From: Rhodothermales bacterium
GTDB lineage: Bacteria; Bacteroidota; Rhodothermia; Rhodothermales; JABDKH01
Length of the DNA stretch: 64,000 nucleotides
Assembly: GCA_013002345.1 (NCBI GenBank)
Contig: JABDKH010000119.1
Location: forward strand, 1,763 to 65,762
Reading direction: 5' to 3'
Every line of letters begins with the position of its first letter. The stretch's first letter is position 1. Positions 1 to 10,846 of this stretch are shown here, in pieces. The translations under genes and the position numbers were made by a program. The notes beneath the pieces are model-generated. The model made no database searches and was not told where the DNA came from. It was given only the letters and a program-made list of their open reading frames with translations.

Positions 1-6
1 GCGTCC

Positions 7-477
7 CTATCGAACGGCAAACAGGGCGAAAAGCGTTCCGACCAGCGCCGTGTAGATGGCGGACCCCAGCCACACGCTGAGCGTCAGCGATGTACTCGCG
101 GCTCCCGATTGTATCGCGAGGAACACCACCTGCAACCCGTTGTGCAGGAAGGCGATAACGAATCCGCCCAGCAGGGCCTGACGGGGGAGTATCACGAGTT
201 CGTCGTACTCGTCAGAGGGCAGCAGGCCGAGCACGAATCCCACCACCGTCTTCAGCATCATGTGCATGCCCCACGTGTCGAGTATCGCGTCCATCACGAG
301 CCCCATGAAGAAGCCCACGACGGCCCCCGAACGACGACCGTAGCTGAGGCCGATCCAAGCCACAAACAACAGGACGGCGTCGGGCGTGGCTCCGAGAATC
401 GTCAATCTTCCGAAAACCAGCCACTGGACCACGATGACGATGGCCCCGATTACGACGTGTCTAATGATAAGCGGCAT
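7..477 (-). CDS. mreD: Rod shape-determining protein MreD-like integral membrane protein
   Basis: 156-aa ORF that is hydrophobic throughout. ILGATPDAVLLFVAW...GAVVGFFMGLVMDAILDTWGMH fits the MreD family pattern (PD-l-l ... G-x3-G-l-x2-D ... G). No mreC or mreB lies directly upstream on this strand. Confidence 0.6.
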   Translation of the reverse strand: MPLIIRHVVIGAIVIVVQWLVFGRLTILGATPDAVLLFVAWIGLSYGRRSGAVVGFFMGLVMDAILDTWGMHMMLKTVVGFVLGLLPSDEYDELVILPRQALLGGFVIAFLHNGLQVVFLAIQSGAASTSLTLSVWLGSAIYTALVGTLFALFAVR

Positions 478-630
478 GGTCCGGGTTGCGGGTGGGGAAG
501 GGCACTAATCTACGCACGGCCTGGCAGATACCGAACCACAGGGTTGATGCGCGATTCGCAGGCTGTCCGTTGCCATCGGAACATCGCTTTCAGCCGAAGG
601 GTTTGACCTGCCCACGAAGCAAGACATCCG

Positions 631-921
631 ATGGCCAAAAAATCTGAGAAGCGTAAGTCCCAGCAGCGCCGAACCGGCGGGCGACGCGCTGCCGCCGCCC
701 AGATGGTGTTCACGCGCCGCAACTACATCCTCGTGGGCCTGGGCGTGGCGATGATCGTGATCGGCTACACCGCCATGCGACTGGAGAATGAGATGGACGG
801 CTTCATCTCTCTCTACGTCGCGCCGCTCATTATTCTGGGAGGCTATCTCGAGATCATCTACGCCATTCTGTGGCGACCGCGTCCCGACCAGACCGAAGCG
901 CCCACGCAGAATCAGGGGTAG
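631..921 (+). CDS. Small membrane protein, DUF3098-like
   Basis: 96-aa ORF with a basic N-terminus (KKSEKRKSQQRR) followed by FTRRNYILVGLGVAMIVIGYTAM and a second helix. This layout is typical of DUF3098 proteins in Bacteroidota. The family call is from memory. Confidence 0.5.
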   Translation: MAKKSEKRKSQQRRTGGRRAAAAQMVFTRRNYILVGLGVAMIVIGYTAMRLENEMDGFISLYVAPLIILGGYLEIIYAILWRPRPDQTEAPTQNQG

Positions 922-2210
922 AGAAGGTGCGGCGCGCGCCGCGCACGAAACGAGTCGATCTCTCCGGCCCACGCGTCGATGATTTCCTGAGGCTCCGCTC
1001 CCGCAACGAGCATTTCCGTCAGTCGCGACGTTCCGGCCAGGCGCAACATGCCCGACTCCCTGATCAGTTCGGACCGTTCACCGCCGGACATCGCGTACGC
1101 CTTCATCAATCCGTGTAAAACATGGATTCCGGTCTCGACCGGAAGGAAGGCATCTCTGTCTTCGATCTGATACCCGATTCCCTCCAGCGGCTTGTCGAGC
1201 AGCTTGGGCCGCGTCGACATCCCGGGAATTGATCGCGGCGTGAACTGGATACTCTCGAAGCGTACGCCGGGCAGATTCCGCGCATTGAGTTCGTCGGCCA
1301 GTGGTCCGGCCCACTCGGCCCCGATCCAGAGGAACGGGCTCAGCGTTCCTCGTCCCTCGCTTGCGATGGTCGCCTCGACAAAGCACGCTCCCGGATATAC
1401 GAGAGCCGTTTCGAAGCTTGGAATGTTCGGGCTTGGTGCGATCCAGTCGTAACCGGTTTCCGGCCACTGCATCGAACGTTCCCAACCCTGCAACGGGATG
1501 ACTTCGAGTTCGAGCGAGTCAAGCCCGGGAAGCATCCCTTCCCGGTGAATCATTACGGCGAGTTCGCCCACCGTCATTCCGTGGGCAACAGGAATCGGAT
1601 ACTCGCCCACGAAAGACCGATGCTCCTCATCGAGCACAAAGCCGGAGACGTACTCCCCGGACAGGGGATTGGGTCGATCGAGGACGTAGAACGGTTTTCC
1701 GTACCGGGCTGCCGACTGCATGGAGCGGCCCATGGTCGAGATATACGTGTAGAAGCGCGCGCCGATATCCTGAATGTCGAACAGAAGGACATCCACATTC
1801 GCCAGCATCTCTTCGGTTGGCGCACGGTTCTTACCGTAGAGACTGTATACCGGCACGCCGGTGGATGAGTCCACGGAGTCGCCGACGACATCTCCTGCGT
1901 CGGCGGTCCCGCGGATGCCGTGCTCCGGTCCGAAGAGGGCAACGAGCTCGACGTTGTCCGACGCTGCAAGGAGATCCGCAAGATGTGCATCTCCGACCCG
2001 GGCCGTGTGATTGGAGATCAGGCCGACGCGCAAGCCGCTCAACACGTCGAAGTCGGCAGCGGCCAGAGCATCTGCCCCTGTCGTTATGGGCGAGGGGCTC
2101 GCAGTACTAGATGGCGCGTCCAGTGTGCGAGGACTGTCGGCGCATCCTGAGAGACCCAGGGCGATGCCGATCCCGAGGATGGCTGATGCTCTTTGTAGGT
2201 GTACCATCAA
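912..2210 (-). CDS. DUF1343 / NamZ-like exo-beta-N-acetylmuramidase lipoprotein
   Basis: 432-aa ORF with a lipoprotein signal (LGLSGCADS). Carries DUF1343 signatures: [44 protein letters not shown]. Confidence 0.8.
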   Translation of the reverse strand: MMVHLQRASAILGIGIALGLSGCADSPRTLDAPSSTASPSPITTGADALAAADFDVLSGLRVGLISNHTARVGDAHLADLLAASDNVELVALFGPEHGIRGTADAGDVVGDSVDSSTGVPVYSLYGKNRAPTEEMLANVDVLLFDIQDIGARFYTYISTMGRSMQSAARYGKPFYVLDRPNPLSGEYVSGFVLDEEHRSFVGEYPIPVAHGMTVGELAVMIHREGMLPGLDSLELEVIPLQGWERSMQWPETGYDWIAPSPNIPSFETALVYPGACFVEATIASEGRGTLSPFLWIGAEWAGPLADELNARNLPGVRFESIQFTPRSIPGMSTRPKLLDKPLEGIGYQIEDRDAFLPVETGIHVLHGLMKAYAMSGGERSELIRESGMLRLAGTSRLTEMLVAGAEPQEIIDAWAGEIDSFRARRAPHLLYP

Positions 2211-2635
2211 CTGTTCGCCACGATAACATGCTCGGGGAAAAAGTACGACGCCTCCAGTCGACCATTCTCGACGGAGTCGGAGCCGTGCACGATGTTTTCG
2301 CCCATCGACTCCGCGAAGAGCTGTCGGATCGTTCCTTCTGCCGCTTCCGCCGGGTTTGTGGCACCGATCAGCTTTCGGAAGTCTGCCACCGCATGCCCCT
2401 TTTCAAGGACGATCGGTACGCACGGGCCACTCGACATGAACGTCGTGAGTTCATCGAAGAACGGACGGCCGCGGTGCACAGCGTAGAACCCTTCGGCCTC
2501 CTTCTTGGAAAGCTGCACCATTTTCATCGCCCGCACGCGGAAGCCGGCTTTCTGGATTCGGACGACGACTTCGCCGATGAGATTCTTGCGTACGCAATCC
2601 GGTTTGAGAATTGCGAGTGTTCGTTCTATTGCCAT
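2207..2635 (-). CDS. ndk: Nucleoside-diphosphate kinase
   Basis: [10 protein letters not shown]...[12 protein letters not shown]...NIVHGSDS (catalytic His motif). The ORF track extends to 2671, but the MAIERT start at 2635 matches the normal Ndk N-terminus. Confidence 0.9.
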   Translation of the reverse strand: MAIERTLAILKPDCVRKNLIGEVVVRIQKAGFRVRAMKMVQLSKKEAEGFYAVHRGRPFFDELTTFMSSGPCVPIVLEKGHAVADFRKLIGATNPAEAAEGTIRQLFAESMGENIVHGSDSVENGRLEASYFFPEHVIVANS

Positions 2636-2769
2636 GGGTCGTTCTGTTGTGCCGGGTGAGTCGGCCCGCACCGTGCGGACTCAGTTGGTCAAAATATATC
2701 GACGGATTTCGCGGGGTGTGCTCAGGCATACCCGCTCAAGCGTCGAAATCGGGGTGAATAGACGCGATG

Positions 2770-3774
2770 TTACACGTGTCGCTCAGCGTGGTACGACGAG
2801 CGGACGAGCGGTCCACTCTCGACATGTTCGATCCCCCGTCTTTCGCCCTCCTCCTTGTACCACGCAAACTTGTCCGGGTGGACAAACTCTTCCACCGGCA
2901 AGTGCATATGCGTTGGCTGGAGATACTGCCCGATGGTCATGACATCCAGGCCAATGCCGGCGAAGTCATCCATTAGTGCAAGCACCTCATCGTCGGACTC
3001 GCCCAGGCCGACCATGATCCCGCTCTTTGTGCGCAGGCTCTGAGCCTTCGACCTGCTGAGCACCTCGAGGGATCGCTGGTACTCGGCCTGGGGCCGCACT
3101 TTCCGGTAGAGGCGTGGCACGGTCTCGACGTTATGATTCAGAATGTCGGGACGTTCGTCGAGGACGATCTGGAGTGCGTCCCAGAGACCTCGGAAATCAG
3201 GAATCAACACCTCGACGGTACACCCCGAGGTCGCTTCACGGATGAGCCGGATGGTGTCGGCGAATATCGGCGCGCCGCCGTCTTTGCGTTCGTCGCGGTT
3301 TACGCTCGTGATGACCGCGTGCTTTACGCCCATCTTCTTCACGGCGTCGGCTACCCGGCGGGGTTCGTCGTAGTCGAGTCCTTCGTCGGGCCTTCCCGTG
3401 AGCACGGCGCAGAACCCGCACGATCGGGTGCACACATTTCCAAGGATCATGAACGTGGCGGTGCCTGCCGTCCAGCACTCGCCCATGTTCGGACATCGGG
3501 CGCTCTGGCAGACCGTGTGGAGCTCATGCGTGTCGATGATATCGACGAGATTCTTGTAGGCCTTTCCGTAGGGCAGCTTGACGCGCAACCAGTCCGGTCT
3601 TCGAGCCCTCCCGGGAGGGGTCGCGACGGCCTCGACAACCGGCAATTCAACGAAACCCGGATCGCCATCGCCCGTTGCATTGATTGTCTCACGCGAAACG
3701 TGTTTCAGGCTGATTTGCCCCGGGAGGCGGGGTGTTCTGGCCGTCTTGTCGTTCTCGTGGCTGGTTCCGGCCAT
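2770..3774 (-). CDS. lipA: Lipoyl synthase
   Basis: CPNMGECW and [10 protein letters not shown] Fe-S cluster motifs, and a SSYHAE C-terminus. The 546-aa track ORF runs on to 4410 but overlaps the convergently read lat gene. The ATG at 3774 (MAGTSHEN) gives a normal LipA length. Confidence 0.9.
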   Translation of the reverse strand: MAGTSHENDKTARTPRLPGQISLKHVSRETINATGDGDPGFVELPVVEAVATPPGRARRPDWLRVKLPYGKAYKNLVDIIDTHELHTVCQSARCPNMGECWTAGTATFMILGNVCTRSCGFCAVLTGRPDEGLDYDEPRRVADAVKKMGVKHAVITSVNRDERKDGGAPIFADTIRLIREATSGCTVEVLIPDFRGLWDALQIVLDERPDILNHNVETVPRLYRKVRPQAEYQRSLEVLSRSKAQSLRTKSGIMVGLGESDDEVLALMDDFAGIGLDVMTIGQYLQPTHMHLPVEEFVHPDKFAWYKEEGERRGIEHVESGPLVRSSYHAERHV

Positions 3775-3918
3775 GAGGTGTTCTTTCCTGGTTTCGTCGT
3801 TGTTGCCGAGTTCAACGCGCGTCGCACGCGAGGGTTTGGGCAACCACGATCCCGGACAAATTGATCCCGAACCCGGACGGTCGCGATAGCTGTTCCGGTT
3901 TCGGATATTACGAATAGG

Positions 3919-5280
3919 GTGTCTATGGAAGTCGTTTCGAAGATGTCTGTGACGCCAGACGTCGTGAAGAAGGTTTTGGGCCGTCACCTGTTGACGGACG
4001 GTTTTCACATGGTTCTCGACATGGAGAAGAGCCATGGCGTGCATCTTCTGGACGCGGATTCCGGAAGCGCTTTCATCGACTTTTTCGGGTTCTTCGCTTC
4101 GAACGCGCTGGGGATGAATCATCCCAAACTCACGGAAGATGCGGACTTCATGAAGCGTCTCACCGAAGCGGCCCTGAACAAGGTCACGAACTCGGACGTG
4201 TACACCGTACACCTGGCTCGTTTCGTCGATACGTTCAGCCGTGTCGGCATTCCGGATTATCTGCCCCATGCCTTCTTCGTTTCGGGTGGCGCCCTGGCGG
4301 TCGAAAACGCACTCAAGACGGCGTTCGACTGGAAGGTTCGGAAGAACTTCCGGAAAGGACACCGGCGTGAGCTTGGAAGCCAGGTGATGCATTTCGAACA
4401 GTCCTTCCACGGCCGATCCGGTTACACGCTTTCGCTGACGAACACGGCCGACCCGAGGAAGACGATGTACTTTCCCCGTTTCGACTGGCCGCGCGTCAGC
4501 AATCCGAAGATCGAGTTTCCTATTACGGACAAACGACTGCTAGATCTGGAGCATCGCGAGCAGCTCGCCCTCGACCAGGCGAAGATTCACTTTCGTGAGC
4601 GCAGGGACGACATCGCGTGCGTGATCATCGAACCGATTCAGGGTGAAGGCGGCGACAATCATTTTCGGCCGCAATTCCTGCAGTCGCTGAAAGATCTTGC
4701 CCACGAGAACGATACCCTGCTGGTGTTTGACGAAGTCCAGTCCGGCGTCGGTATTACGGGCGAGTTCTGGGCGCACCAGGCCCTTGGAGTCGAACCGGAC
4801 ATTCTCTGCTTTGGCAAGAAGACGCAGGTGTGTGGAATTTTGGCCGGTCGCAAGATTGAAGAGGTCGACAATCACGTTTTCGAGCTGCCTAGCCGCATCA
4901 ACTCCACGTGGGGCGGTAATCTTGTCGACATGGTTCGATTCGACCGGATCCTTGAGATCATCGAAGAGGATAATCTCGTGCAGAACGCCGCGTCCGTCGG
5001 CGACTACTTGCTGCAGCGTCTTCGCGAACTGGAGGAATCGGAGGCGGCCATCTCGGGCGCCCGGGGCCGCGGCCTCATGTGCGCGTTCGATCTGCCGACA
5101 ACAGCCCTGCGGGACGCGGTGCGGGCTCGATGCTTCAAGACGGGGCTCGTGATTCTCGGCTGCGGACAGAAATCACTCAGATTCCGTTCGCCGTTGACCA
5201 TCACAGAGAAGGAGATCGACGAAGGGCTCGGACTGCTGATAGACGCGCTGCATGCCGTCGAGGCCAACGGGTCTGCCTGA
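3919..5280 (+). CDS. lat: Class-III aminotransferase, L-lysine 6-transaminase (LAT) family
   Basis: 453 aa. [65 protein letters not shown] and FGKKTQVCG (PLP-Lys context) match the LAT family pattern. Confidence 0.75.
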   Translation: MSMEVVSKMSVTPDVVKKVLGRHLLTDGFHMVLDMEKSHGVHLLDADSGSAFIDFFGFFASNALGMNHPKLTEDADFMKRLTEAALNKVTNSDVYTVHLARFVDTFSRVGIPDYLPHAFFVSGGALAVENALKTAFDWKVRKNFRKGHRRELGSQVMHFEQSFHGRSGYTLSLTNTADPRKTMYFPRFDWPRVSNPKIEFPITDKRLLDLEHREQLALDQAKIHFRERRDDIACVIIEPIQGEGGDNHFRPQFLQSLKDLAHENDTLLVFDEVQSGVGITGEFWAHQALGVEPDILCFGKKTQVCGILAGRKIEEVDNHVFELPSRINSTWGGNLVDMVRFDRILEIIEEDNLVQNAASVGDYLLQRLRELEESEAAISGARGRGLMCAFDLPTTALRDAVRARCFKTGLVILGCGQKSLRFRSPLTITEKEIDEGLGLLIDALHAVEANGSA

Positions 5281-5281
5281 C

Positions 5282-7873
5282 CTACGACGCGACAGGAGAG
5301 CCGTTGGTTGAGGGCACAATCGTCTCCGCACCACTCTCGTCATCGTCGTCGTCGACTACAAGTCGCGTCACGTCCGCGATGGAGTCGCCGGACTTCATCT
5401 TGATGAGTCGCACTCCCTGTGTGTTTCGTCCAAGCGTACTGATGCCGGCGACGTGCATGCGGATCAGCAGACCCTTCTGCGTGACAATCATGAGGTCGTC
5501 CGTTTCCAGCACCGCCTTGATGGCGACGACAGTGCCTGTCTTCTCAGTGGTCTTCTGAGTGATGATTCCTTTGCCGCCGCGGCTCTGCAGACGGTAGTCT
5601 TCGACCTCCGTTCTCTTGCCGTAGCCATTCGAACTGATCGTCAGAACCTGCTTTTGCGGCGAGTCTCCCCTCAGCACGATCATCCCGATCGCTTCCTGTC
5701 CTTTTCGGAGCGAAATGCCGCGCACACCCTGTGTATTGCGACCGGTCGGCCGTACATCTTCCTCATCGAATTGAACCGAAAGACCGGCCGACGAGGCGAG
5801 AATAATATGTGCCCCGCCATCGGTGAGCTTTGCCTCGAGCAACTGATCGCCCTCGACGACAGAGATTGCTATGATGCCGTCGACACGCGGCCGACGGAAC
5901 GCAGACAACTGCGTCTTCTTGACCTTGCCTCCGCGCGACGCCATGAATACATAGTGGCTTTCCAGGAACTGCTTGTCGCGGAAGTTCTCCTTCGAGATAG
6001 GGAGCACGGCCTGAATACGATCCTCCGGGCTGATCTGAATCAGATTTCGGATTGATCGCCCCTTGCCCGTACGGGCCCCTTCGGGTATTTCGTAGACGCG
6101 CAGCCAGTAGCACCGCCCGTGGTCAGTGAAGAAGAGGAGGTAGTCGTGATTGTAGGACACGAACAGGTGTTCGATGTAGTCCTCGTCTCGCATTCCACTG
6201 CCGCGCATGCCGATACCGCCACGGCCCTGCTTCCTGTACTCGCCTACGTCGGTCCGCTTGATCAACCCCTGCCAGCTGATGGTGACGACCATCTGATCGT
6301 CTTCGACGAGATCCTCCACGATGAGGTCATCGCCCCCGGTGTAGTCGATCTCGGTGCGGCGGGCGTCCGCATACTTCGATTTGACTTCCGCGAGCTCGTC
6401 CTTGATGATCTGCATGCGGAGCCCCTCATTTCCGAGGATGCTCTTGAAGCGTTCGATCTGCTGCAACAAATCACGATACTCATCCTCGACCTTCTGCCGT
6501 TCGAGTCCGGTCAGTCGACTCAGTCGCATATCCAGGATCGCTTTTGCCTGGATCTCACTGAGCGAGAACAGGGGCTTTCCTTCGGTCGGAAGGCCGAGTC
6601 GCTCGAGTTGCGCTTTGGTCAGGTGGGCGGGTAGTACGCCGTCCATCAGGTTTTGCCGGGCGGCGTCCGTATCCGGTGAGTTCCGGATGATCGTGATGAC
6701 GGCGTCGAGGTGATCGAGCGCGATCTTCAGGCCTTCCAGGACGTGGGCGCGCTCTTCGGCTTTCCGAAGGTCGTACTCGGTGCGTCGAACAACGATCTCG
6801 TGCCGGTGGTCGACGTAGTGGGTGATTGCTTCCTTCAGCGTGAGCGTCCGGGGCCGGCCGTTCACGAGCGCCACGAAGTTTACGCCGAACGTTTGCTGAC
6901 ACGGCGTGAACTTGTACAGCTGGTTCTGGACGACGAGCGGCATGGCATCACGCCTGAGTTCGATCACAATTCGCATCCCGTCGCGGTCGCTCTCGTCACG
7001 AAGATCGGTGATCCCTTCGATGCGGCCTTCACGAGCCAGGTATGCGATCTTCTCGATGAGCGTGCTCTTGTTGACCTGGAACGGGATTTCCGTAATCACT
7101 AGAGCATGCTTGCCGGCACGGATCTCCTCTTCCTCGATTCGAGCGCGCATCACGACGCGTCCCTTGCCCGTGTGGTAGGCGAGCCTGACACCGACGTGAC
7201 CGTAGATAATTCCAGCCGTCGGGAAGTCCGGGGCGGGAATATGATTCATCAACCCGTCGATGGTGATTTCCGGATCGTCGATGAACGCCAGGATTCCATC
7301 AATCACCTCACCGAGATTGTGAGGAGGAATCTTCGTGGCCATTCCGACGGCGATGCCGTCCGTGCCGTTGACGAGCAGATTCGGGTACGCAGACGGGAGG
7401 ACGACGGGCTCTTTCAGAGAGCCGTCAAAATTTTCCTGGTAGTTGACCGTTTCCTTGTCGATATCCCGAAGCATCTCCTCGGCGAGGCGCGTCATGCGTG
7501 CCTCGGTATATCGCATTGCCGCTGCCCGGTCGCCGTCAACGGATCCGAAGTTCCCCTGGCCGTGCACGAGCGGATACCGCATGGAAAACTCCTGCGCCAT
7601 CCGGACCATCGTATCGTAGACGGCAGTGTCTCCGTGGGGATGGTACTTTCCGAGAACCTCTCCGACAATTCTGGCGCTCTTCTTGAACGCACTCGCGGCG
7701 GTCAACCCCAGTTCGCTCATGCCGTACAGCACACGCCGATGAACGGGCTTGAGTCCGTCGCGAACATCCGGCAGGGCCCGACCCACGATCACCGACATCG
7801 AATAGTCGATGTAGGAGGACTTCATCTCCTCCTCGATGTTAATCGGGACTATGCGGAAATCGTCCTGCTCCAT
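5282..7873 (-). CDS. gyrA: DNA gyrase subunit A
   Basis: 863 aa. Has [11 protein letters not shown], the [20 protein letters not shown], the active-site AAMRYTE motif, and C-terminal beta-pinwheel repeats ending in an acidic tail. Confidence 0.97.
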   Translation of the reverse strand: MEQDDFRIVPINIEEEMKSSYIDYSMSVIVGRALPDVRDGLKPVHRRVLYGMSELGLTAASAFKKSARIVGEVLGKYHPHGDTAVYDTMVRMAQEFSMRYPLVHGQGNFGSVDGDRAAAMRYTEARMTRLAEEMLRDIDKETVNYQENFDGSLKEPVVLPSAYPNLLVNGTDGIAVGMATKIPPHNLGEVIDGILAFIDDPEITIDGLMNHIPAPDFPTAGIIYGHVGVRLAYHTGKGRVVMRARIEEEEIRAGKHALVITEIPFQVNKSTLIEKIAYLAREGRIEGITDLRDESDRDGMRIVIELRRDAMPLVVQNQLYKFTPCQQTFGVNFVALVNGRPRTLTLKEAITHYVDHRHEIVVRRTEYDLRKAEERAHVLEGLKIALDHLDAVITIIRNSPDTDAARQNLMDGVLPAHLTKAQLERLGLPTEGKPLFSLSEIQAKAILDMRLSRLTGLERQKVEDEYRDLLQQIERFKSILGNEGLRMQIIKDELAEVKSKYADARRTEIDYTGGDDLIVEDLVEDDQMVVTISWQGLIKRTDVGEYRKQGRGGIGMRGSGMRDEDYIEHLFVSYNHDYLLFFTDHGRCYWLRVYEIPEGARTGKGRSIRNLIQISPEDRIQAVLPISKENFRDKQFLESHYVFMASRGGKVKKTQLSAFRRPRVDGIIAISVVEGDQLLEAKLTDGGAHIILASSAGLSVQFDEEDVRPTGRNTQGVRGISLRKGQEAIGMIVLRGDSPQKQVLTISSNGYGKRTEVEDYRLQSRGGKGIITQKTTEKTGTVVAIKAVLETDDLMIVTQKGLLIRMHVAGISTLGRNTQGVRLIKMKSGDSIADVTRLVVDDDDDESGAETIVPSTNGSPVAS

Positions 7874-8111
7874 GATGTTTTATTCGGACTCTGGGAAGGT
7901 GTGGACCCGTAATCGCAACGGCTCACGGTGCTCGAAAAGTGGCAGCATCAGCGCCCCGCTGGGATCGTACGTTGCCGTGCGCCGGGGCCGCAAAAATGGG
8001 TATCGAAAGGTACGAAACGCCTGCGTGGGCATCCAGCAAATCAGGTGCCCGAAATGCTTCAAAATCAGTGAAATGACACGTCCAGGCGAGCCGCCGCAAG
8101 GACATCCCGAA

Positions 8112-8861
8112 TCAATCGCCCGTGAGCATCTCAAAACCCTCGACACGCAGGTCGTCGGACGTCACAACGCTGTCTTTCTTGGACGAATCGAGCGAGAATT
8201 TCCACTGAAAGAGAGACGACAGCAGAGGCTTCACTTCATCCACGAGATACCCGAACCGCCCGCTCGCCTCATAGGATTCCGCCTTCTGGCGGTTCTCCCA
8301 CACCGTCACCGAAAGCATGTCGGACGGATCCTGTGTACTCTCCACGAGAAAGGCGTGTCGAAAACCATCGACCTGTTTGAGTGCCGGGATGATCTTCTCG
8401 GTGTAGAGCTTGACGAAGGCATTCTCCTTGCCGGCCTGCACGTTCAGCGTGGTGGTCCTCAAGAACATATGCGAAAGTTCATCCTCTGTCGGCGCATCGT
8501 CGTCGGTCGATGCCGTCACTTCAAACGTGTCGACCTGGGGTTCGCTTTCGACAGGCGCGTATTGAAGGGTCAGATCTTCCGAGAGTTGCACTCTCCACTC
8601 CGAAGAATCGATAAGGAAGGGTCTGTTGTCGTCAAGCAGCCTGGCGTATTGCCCGCTCTCTTCATACGCTTGAGCGTGACCGGCACTTTTCCATAGCGTC
8701 AGGGCGATGCAGTCGCTGGAGTTGCTATCAGCCCGGATAAGTCCTGCGAACAGGCAACCATCGATCTTGTGCAGCGCCTTGGAGTCAACCTCTTCGAAGA
8801 ACTTGACGTACGCGTCAAGGGACTCCGGCTTCACTGACAATCTTACGAACCGCATAAACAT
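8112..8861 (-). CDS. Tandem ABM (antibiotic-biosynthesis-monooxygenase-like, ferredoxin-fold) domain protein
   Basis: 249 aa with a clear internal duplication. FVRLSVKPES..ALTLWKSAGHAQAYEESGQYARLLDD aligns with LRTTTLNVQAG..SVTVWENRQKAESYEASGRFGYLVDE. The two halves are joined by an acidic linker. Confidence 0.5.
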   Translation of the reverse strand: MFMRFVRLSVKPESLDAYVKFFEEVDSKALHKIDGCLFAGLIRADSNSSDCIALTLWKSAGHAQAYEESGQYARLLDDNRPFLIDSSEWRVQLSEDLTLQYAPVESEPQVDTFEVTASTDDDAPTEDELSHMFLRTTTLNVQAGKENAFVKLYTEKIIPALKQVDGFRHAFLVESTQDPSDMLSVTVWENRQKAESYEASGRFGYLVDEVKPLLSSLFQWKFSLDSSKKDSVVTSDDLRVEGFEMLTGD

Positions 8862-8960
8862 GAATTACCTCTCGGCTACCTTTGAGCGGACGACGCTCTG
8901 ATTGACAGTACACGTTGGTTTGCAGATAGTCAACATCATGGGGCGGAAACGCGCCATGGG

Positions 8961-10277
8961 TCACCCCCGGGTCCGTTTGATGATCACGATCGTGAGGTCG
9001 TCGGCCTGTGCCTCGCCATCGGCATGGGCCTCAACCTCCGCTACAATGCTCTCAATAATCTCGGCCGCTCCCTTGTTTCGATTGGCCATGATGGTCTCTG
9101 CCAGTCGGTCATCGCCAAACTGGTCCCGCTCCCGGTTCATGGATTCCGTGATTCCGTCGGAGAAAACAAGTGCGATGTCGCCTGGCTGAAGCGTCTCACG
9201 CCACTCGCTGTAGACGATTTCTTCGGAGAAGCCCAGAACAAGATCTCCCTCGTCGAGGCCGCGAGTCGGCTCTCCTTCCCGGAACAGCAGTGGCCGGTTA
9301 TGCCCCGCGTTGCCATAGCGGAGGATGTGTCTCATCGGATTGAGGAATCCGACAAACAGGGTTACAAACATACCCCTGGCCGTGTTGGCGCAGAGGTATT
9401 GGTTGGTTGTCGACAGACAGTGTGCCGTCTCGTGCGAAGAGGCTGTGCTTCCTCGAAGGGTGGCCTGCACGGTGGCCATCGTCAGGGCAGCGGGCAAACC
9501 CTTTCCGGCGACATCACCAACCCAGAAGCAGAGCTCCCCGTTTTCAAGTGAAACGAAGTCAAAAAAATCACCGCCCACCGATCGGGCAGGCAAACTCGTG
9601 CCTGCGATATCGTATCCGTCGATCGCCGGCATGCTCTGCGGAAGGAGCCGCGACTGAATCTGATTCGCAACCTGCAGTTCTTCCTGGATCAGCTGGTACG
9701 TTTGCTCCTCGTCGTGGAGCCTCGCGTTCTCCAGCACCTGCGCCGACTGACCGGCCAGGATGGCCACGAGCCGCTGATCCGGCTCCGTGAAACCACCTGA
9801 CGCCTTCTTGTTGTATATGGTCAGCGTACCGATCAAATTGGACCGCGAGATCATCGGGACGCAAAGAATTGAGCGGACGGACGGATCCCACTTTGTGCCC
9901 TTGAATCGTACGTCGGTTTCCGTATCGTTGATTACGAGCGGCCGCTGGTACGTCATCATCCATCCAAGTACACTCTGGTCGGGATGGATCGCCTCCTGCT
10001 CTTTCGAGCTCTCCATGGTGCGGATCAGCGTCTTGGACGGATCATTCGTAGTCTGGTCGATGAGTGTGATGACTCCCTGCTCAGCGCCTACTGTTTTCAG
10101 CGACCGCTTAACGATGATCCGCATGATTTCGGTCGGATCGCTCGTCCCTCCAATGGCCGTTGCCAGATCGTTGAGAATTGACAGCTCTTCGACCGCTCGC
10201 CGGAGGCGCTGGTTTTCGAGCTGCAGCTGACCCAGCCGCGGGTTGGTTGATTTTGATGATGTAGTCAGTTCCGGCAT
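8961..10277 (-). CDS. GAF domain-containing PP2C/SpoIIE-family serine phosphatase (RsbU-like)
   Basis: 438 aa. Coiled-coil N-terminus, then a GAF-like region (LNDLATAIGG...GVITLID). The C-terminal PPM domain has SVGGDFFDF, VGDVAGKGLPAAL, FSDGITE and DDLTIVIIK. Confidence 0.8.
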   Translation of the reverse strand: MPELTTSSKSTNPRLGQLQLENQRLRRAVEELSILNDLATAIGGTSDPTEIMRIIVKRSLKTVGAEQGVITLIDQTTNDPSKTLIRTMESSKEQEAIHPDQSVLGWMMTYQRPLVINDTETDVRFKGTKWDPSVRSILCVPMISRSNLIGTLTIYNKKASGGFTEPDQRLVAILAGQSAQVLENARLHDEEQTYQLIQEELQVANQIQSRLLPQSMPAIDGYDIAGTSLPARSVGGDFFDFVSLENGELCFWVGDVAGKGLPAALTMATVQATLRGSTASSHETAHCLSTTNQYLCANTARGMFVTLFVGFLNPMRHILRYGNAGHNRPLLFREGEPTRGLDEGDLVLGFSEEIVYSEWRETLQPGDIALVFSDGITESMNRERDQFGDDRLAETIMANRNKGAAEIIESIVAEVEAHADGEAQADDLTIVIIKRTRG

Positions 10278-10365
10278 TCTGTACCGCGAAACGGCGTGCG
10301 TCGAACGTGCCTAAACGTAGTAAATTGTACGAATACTATCCCTATCAACCGTATCCCTGCCGGCA

Positions 10366-10815
10366 ATGGCCGACGTCGTCGCCAATCTCGTAGACGTGTA
10401 CCCGTACCGCGGCTCTGCAGCAAACCGTGAGTATCTTCTGCTGCGCAGACGCCCCGGGGTCGTTTATTCAGGTGACTGGCGCATGGTGGGAGGCAAGATT
10501 CTGGACTCGGAGAGGGCCTGGCAGGCAGCCGGCCGCGAATTGGAGGAGGAGACCGGTTGCAAGCCGCTCGTGATGTGGGCCATCCCGTCTGCGAATATCT
10601 TCTTTGAGTGGGAGTTGGATACGGTTCATGTTATTCCGGCGTTCGCCGCCGAGATTGACCGCGATCCCGTCCTGAATCATGAACACGATGCGTTTGGATG
10701 GTACGACTACGAAGCGGCATGCCAGTTACTATGTTGGCCGGAACAGCGTCGGCTGCTGGGTATCGTACACGAGGAACTTGACCGGGATATTCCCGTGAGT
10801 TGGCGAGTCGGGTGA
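10366..10815 (+). CDS. NUDIX hydrolase
   Basis: 149 aa with the Nudix box GGKILDSERAWQAAGRELEEETG. Confidence 0.8.
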   Translation: MADVVANLVDVYPYRGSAANREYLLLRRRPGVVYSGDWRMVGGKILDSERAWQAAGRELEEETGCKPLVMWAIPSANIFFEWELDTVHVIPAFAAEIDRDPVLNHEHDAFGWYDYEAACQLLCWPEQRRLLGIVHEELDRDIPVSWRVG

Positions 10816-10846
10816 ATTGAGTATTGGACTGCAAATTGATTACTGA

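Noticed and set aside
3775-4410. N-terminal 212 codons of the 546-aa track ORF containing lipA.
   Set aside because: This part overlaps the convincingly coding lat gene on the other strand and has no LipA-like sequence. The ATG at 3774 gives a canonical LipA length. For the same reason I rejected the upstream extensions of proS (39563-39670), bshA (56093-56287), zapA (25647-25820), ndk (2636-2671) and the low-complexity lipoprotein (39694-39822).
7874-8111. The gyrA upstream region and other AT-richer spacers (for example 57633-57790) considered as a replication origin.
   Set aside because: There is no cluster of DnaA-box-like sequences (TTATCCACA/TGTGGATAA), and dnaA and dnaN are not in the window.
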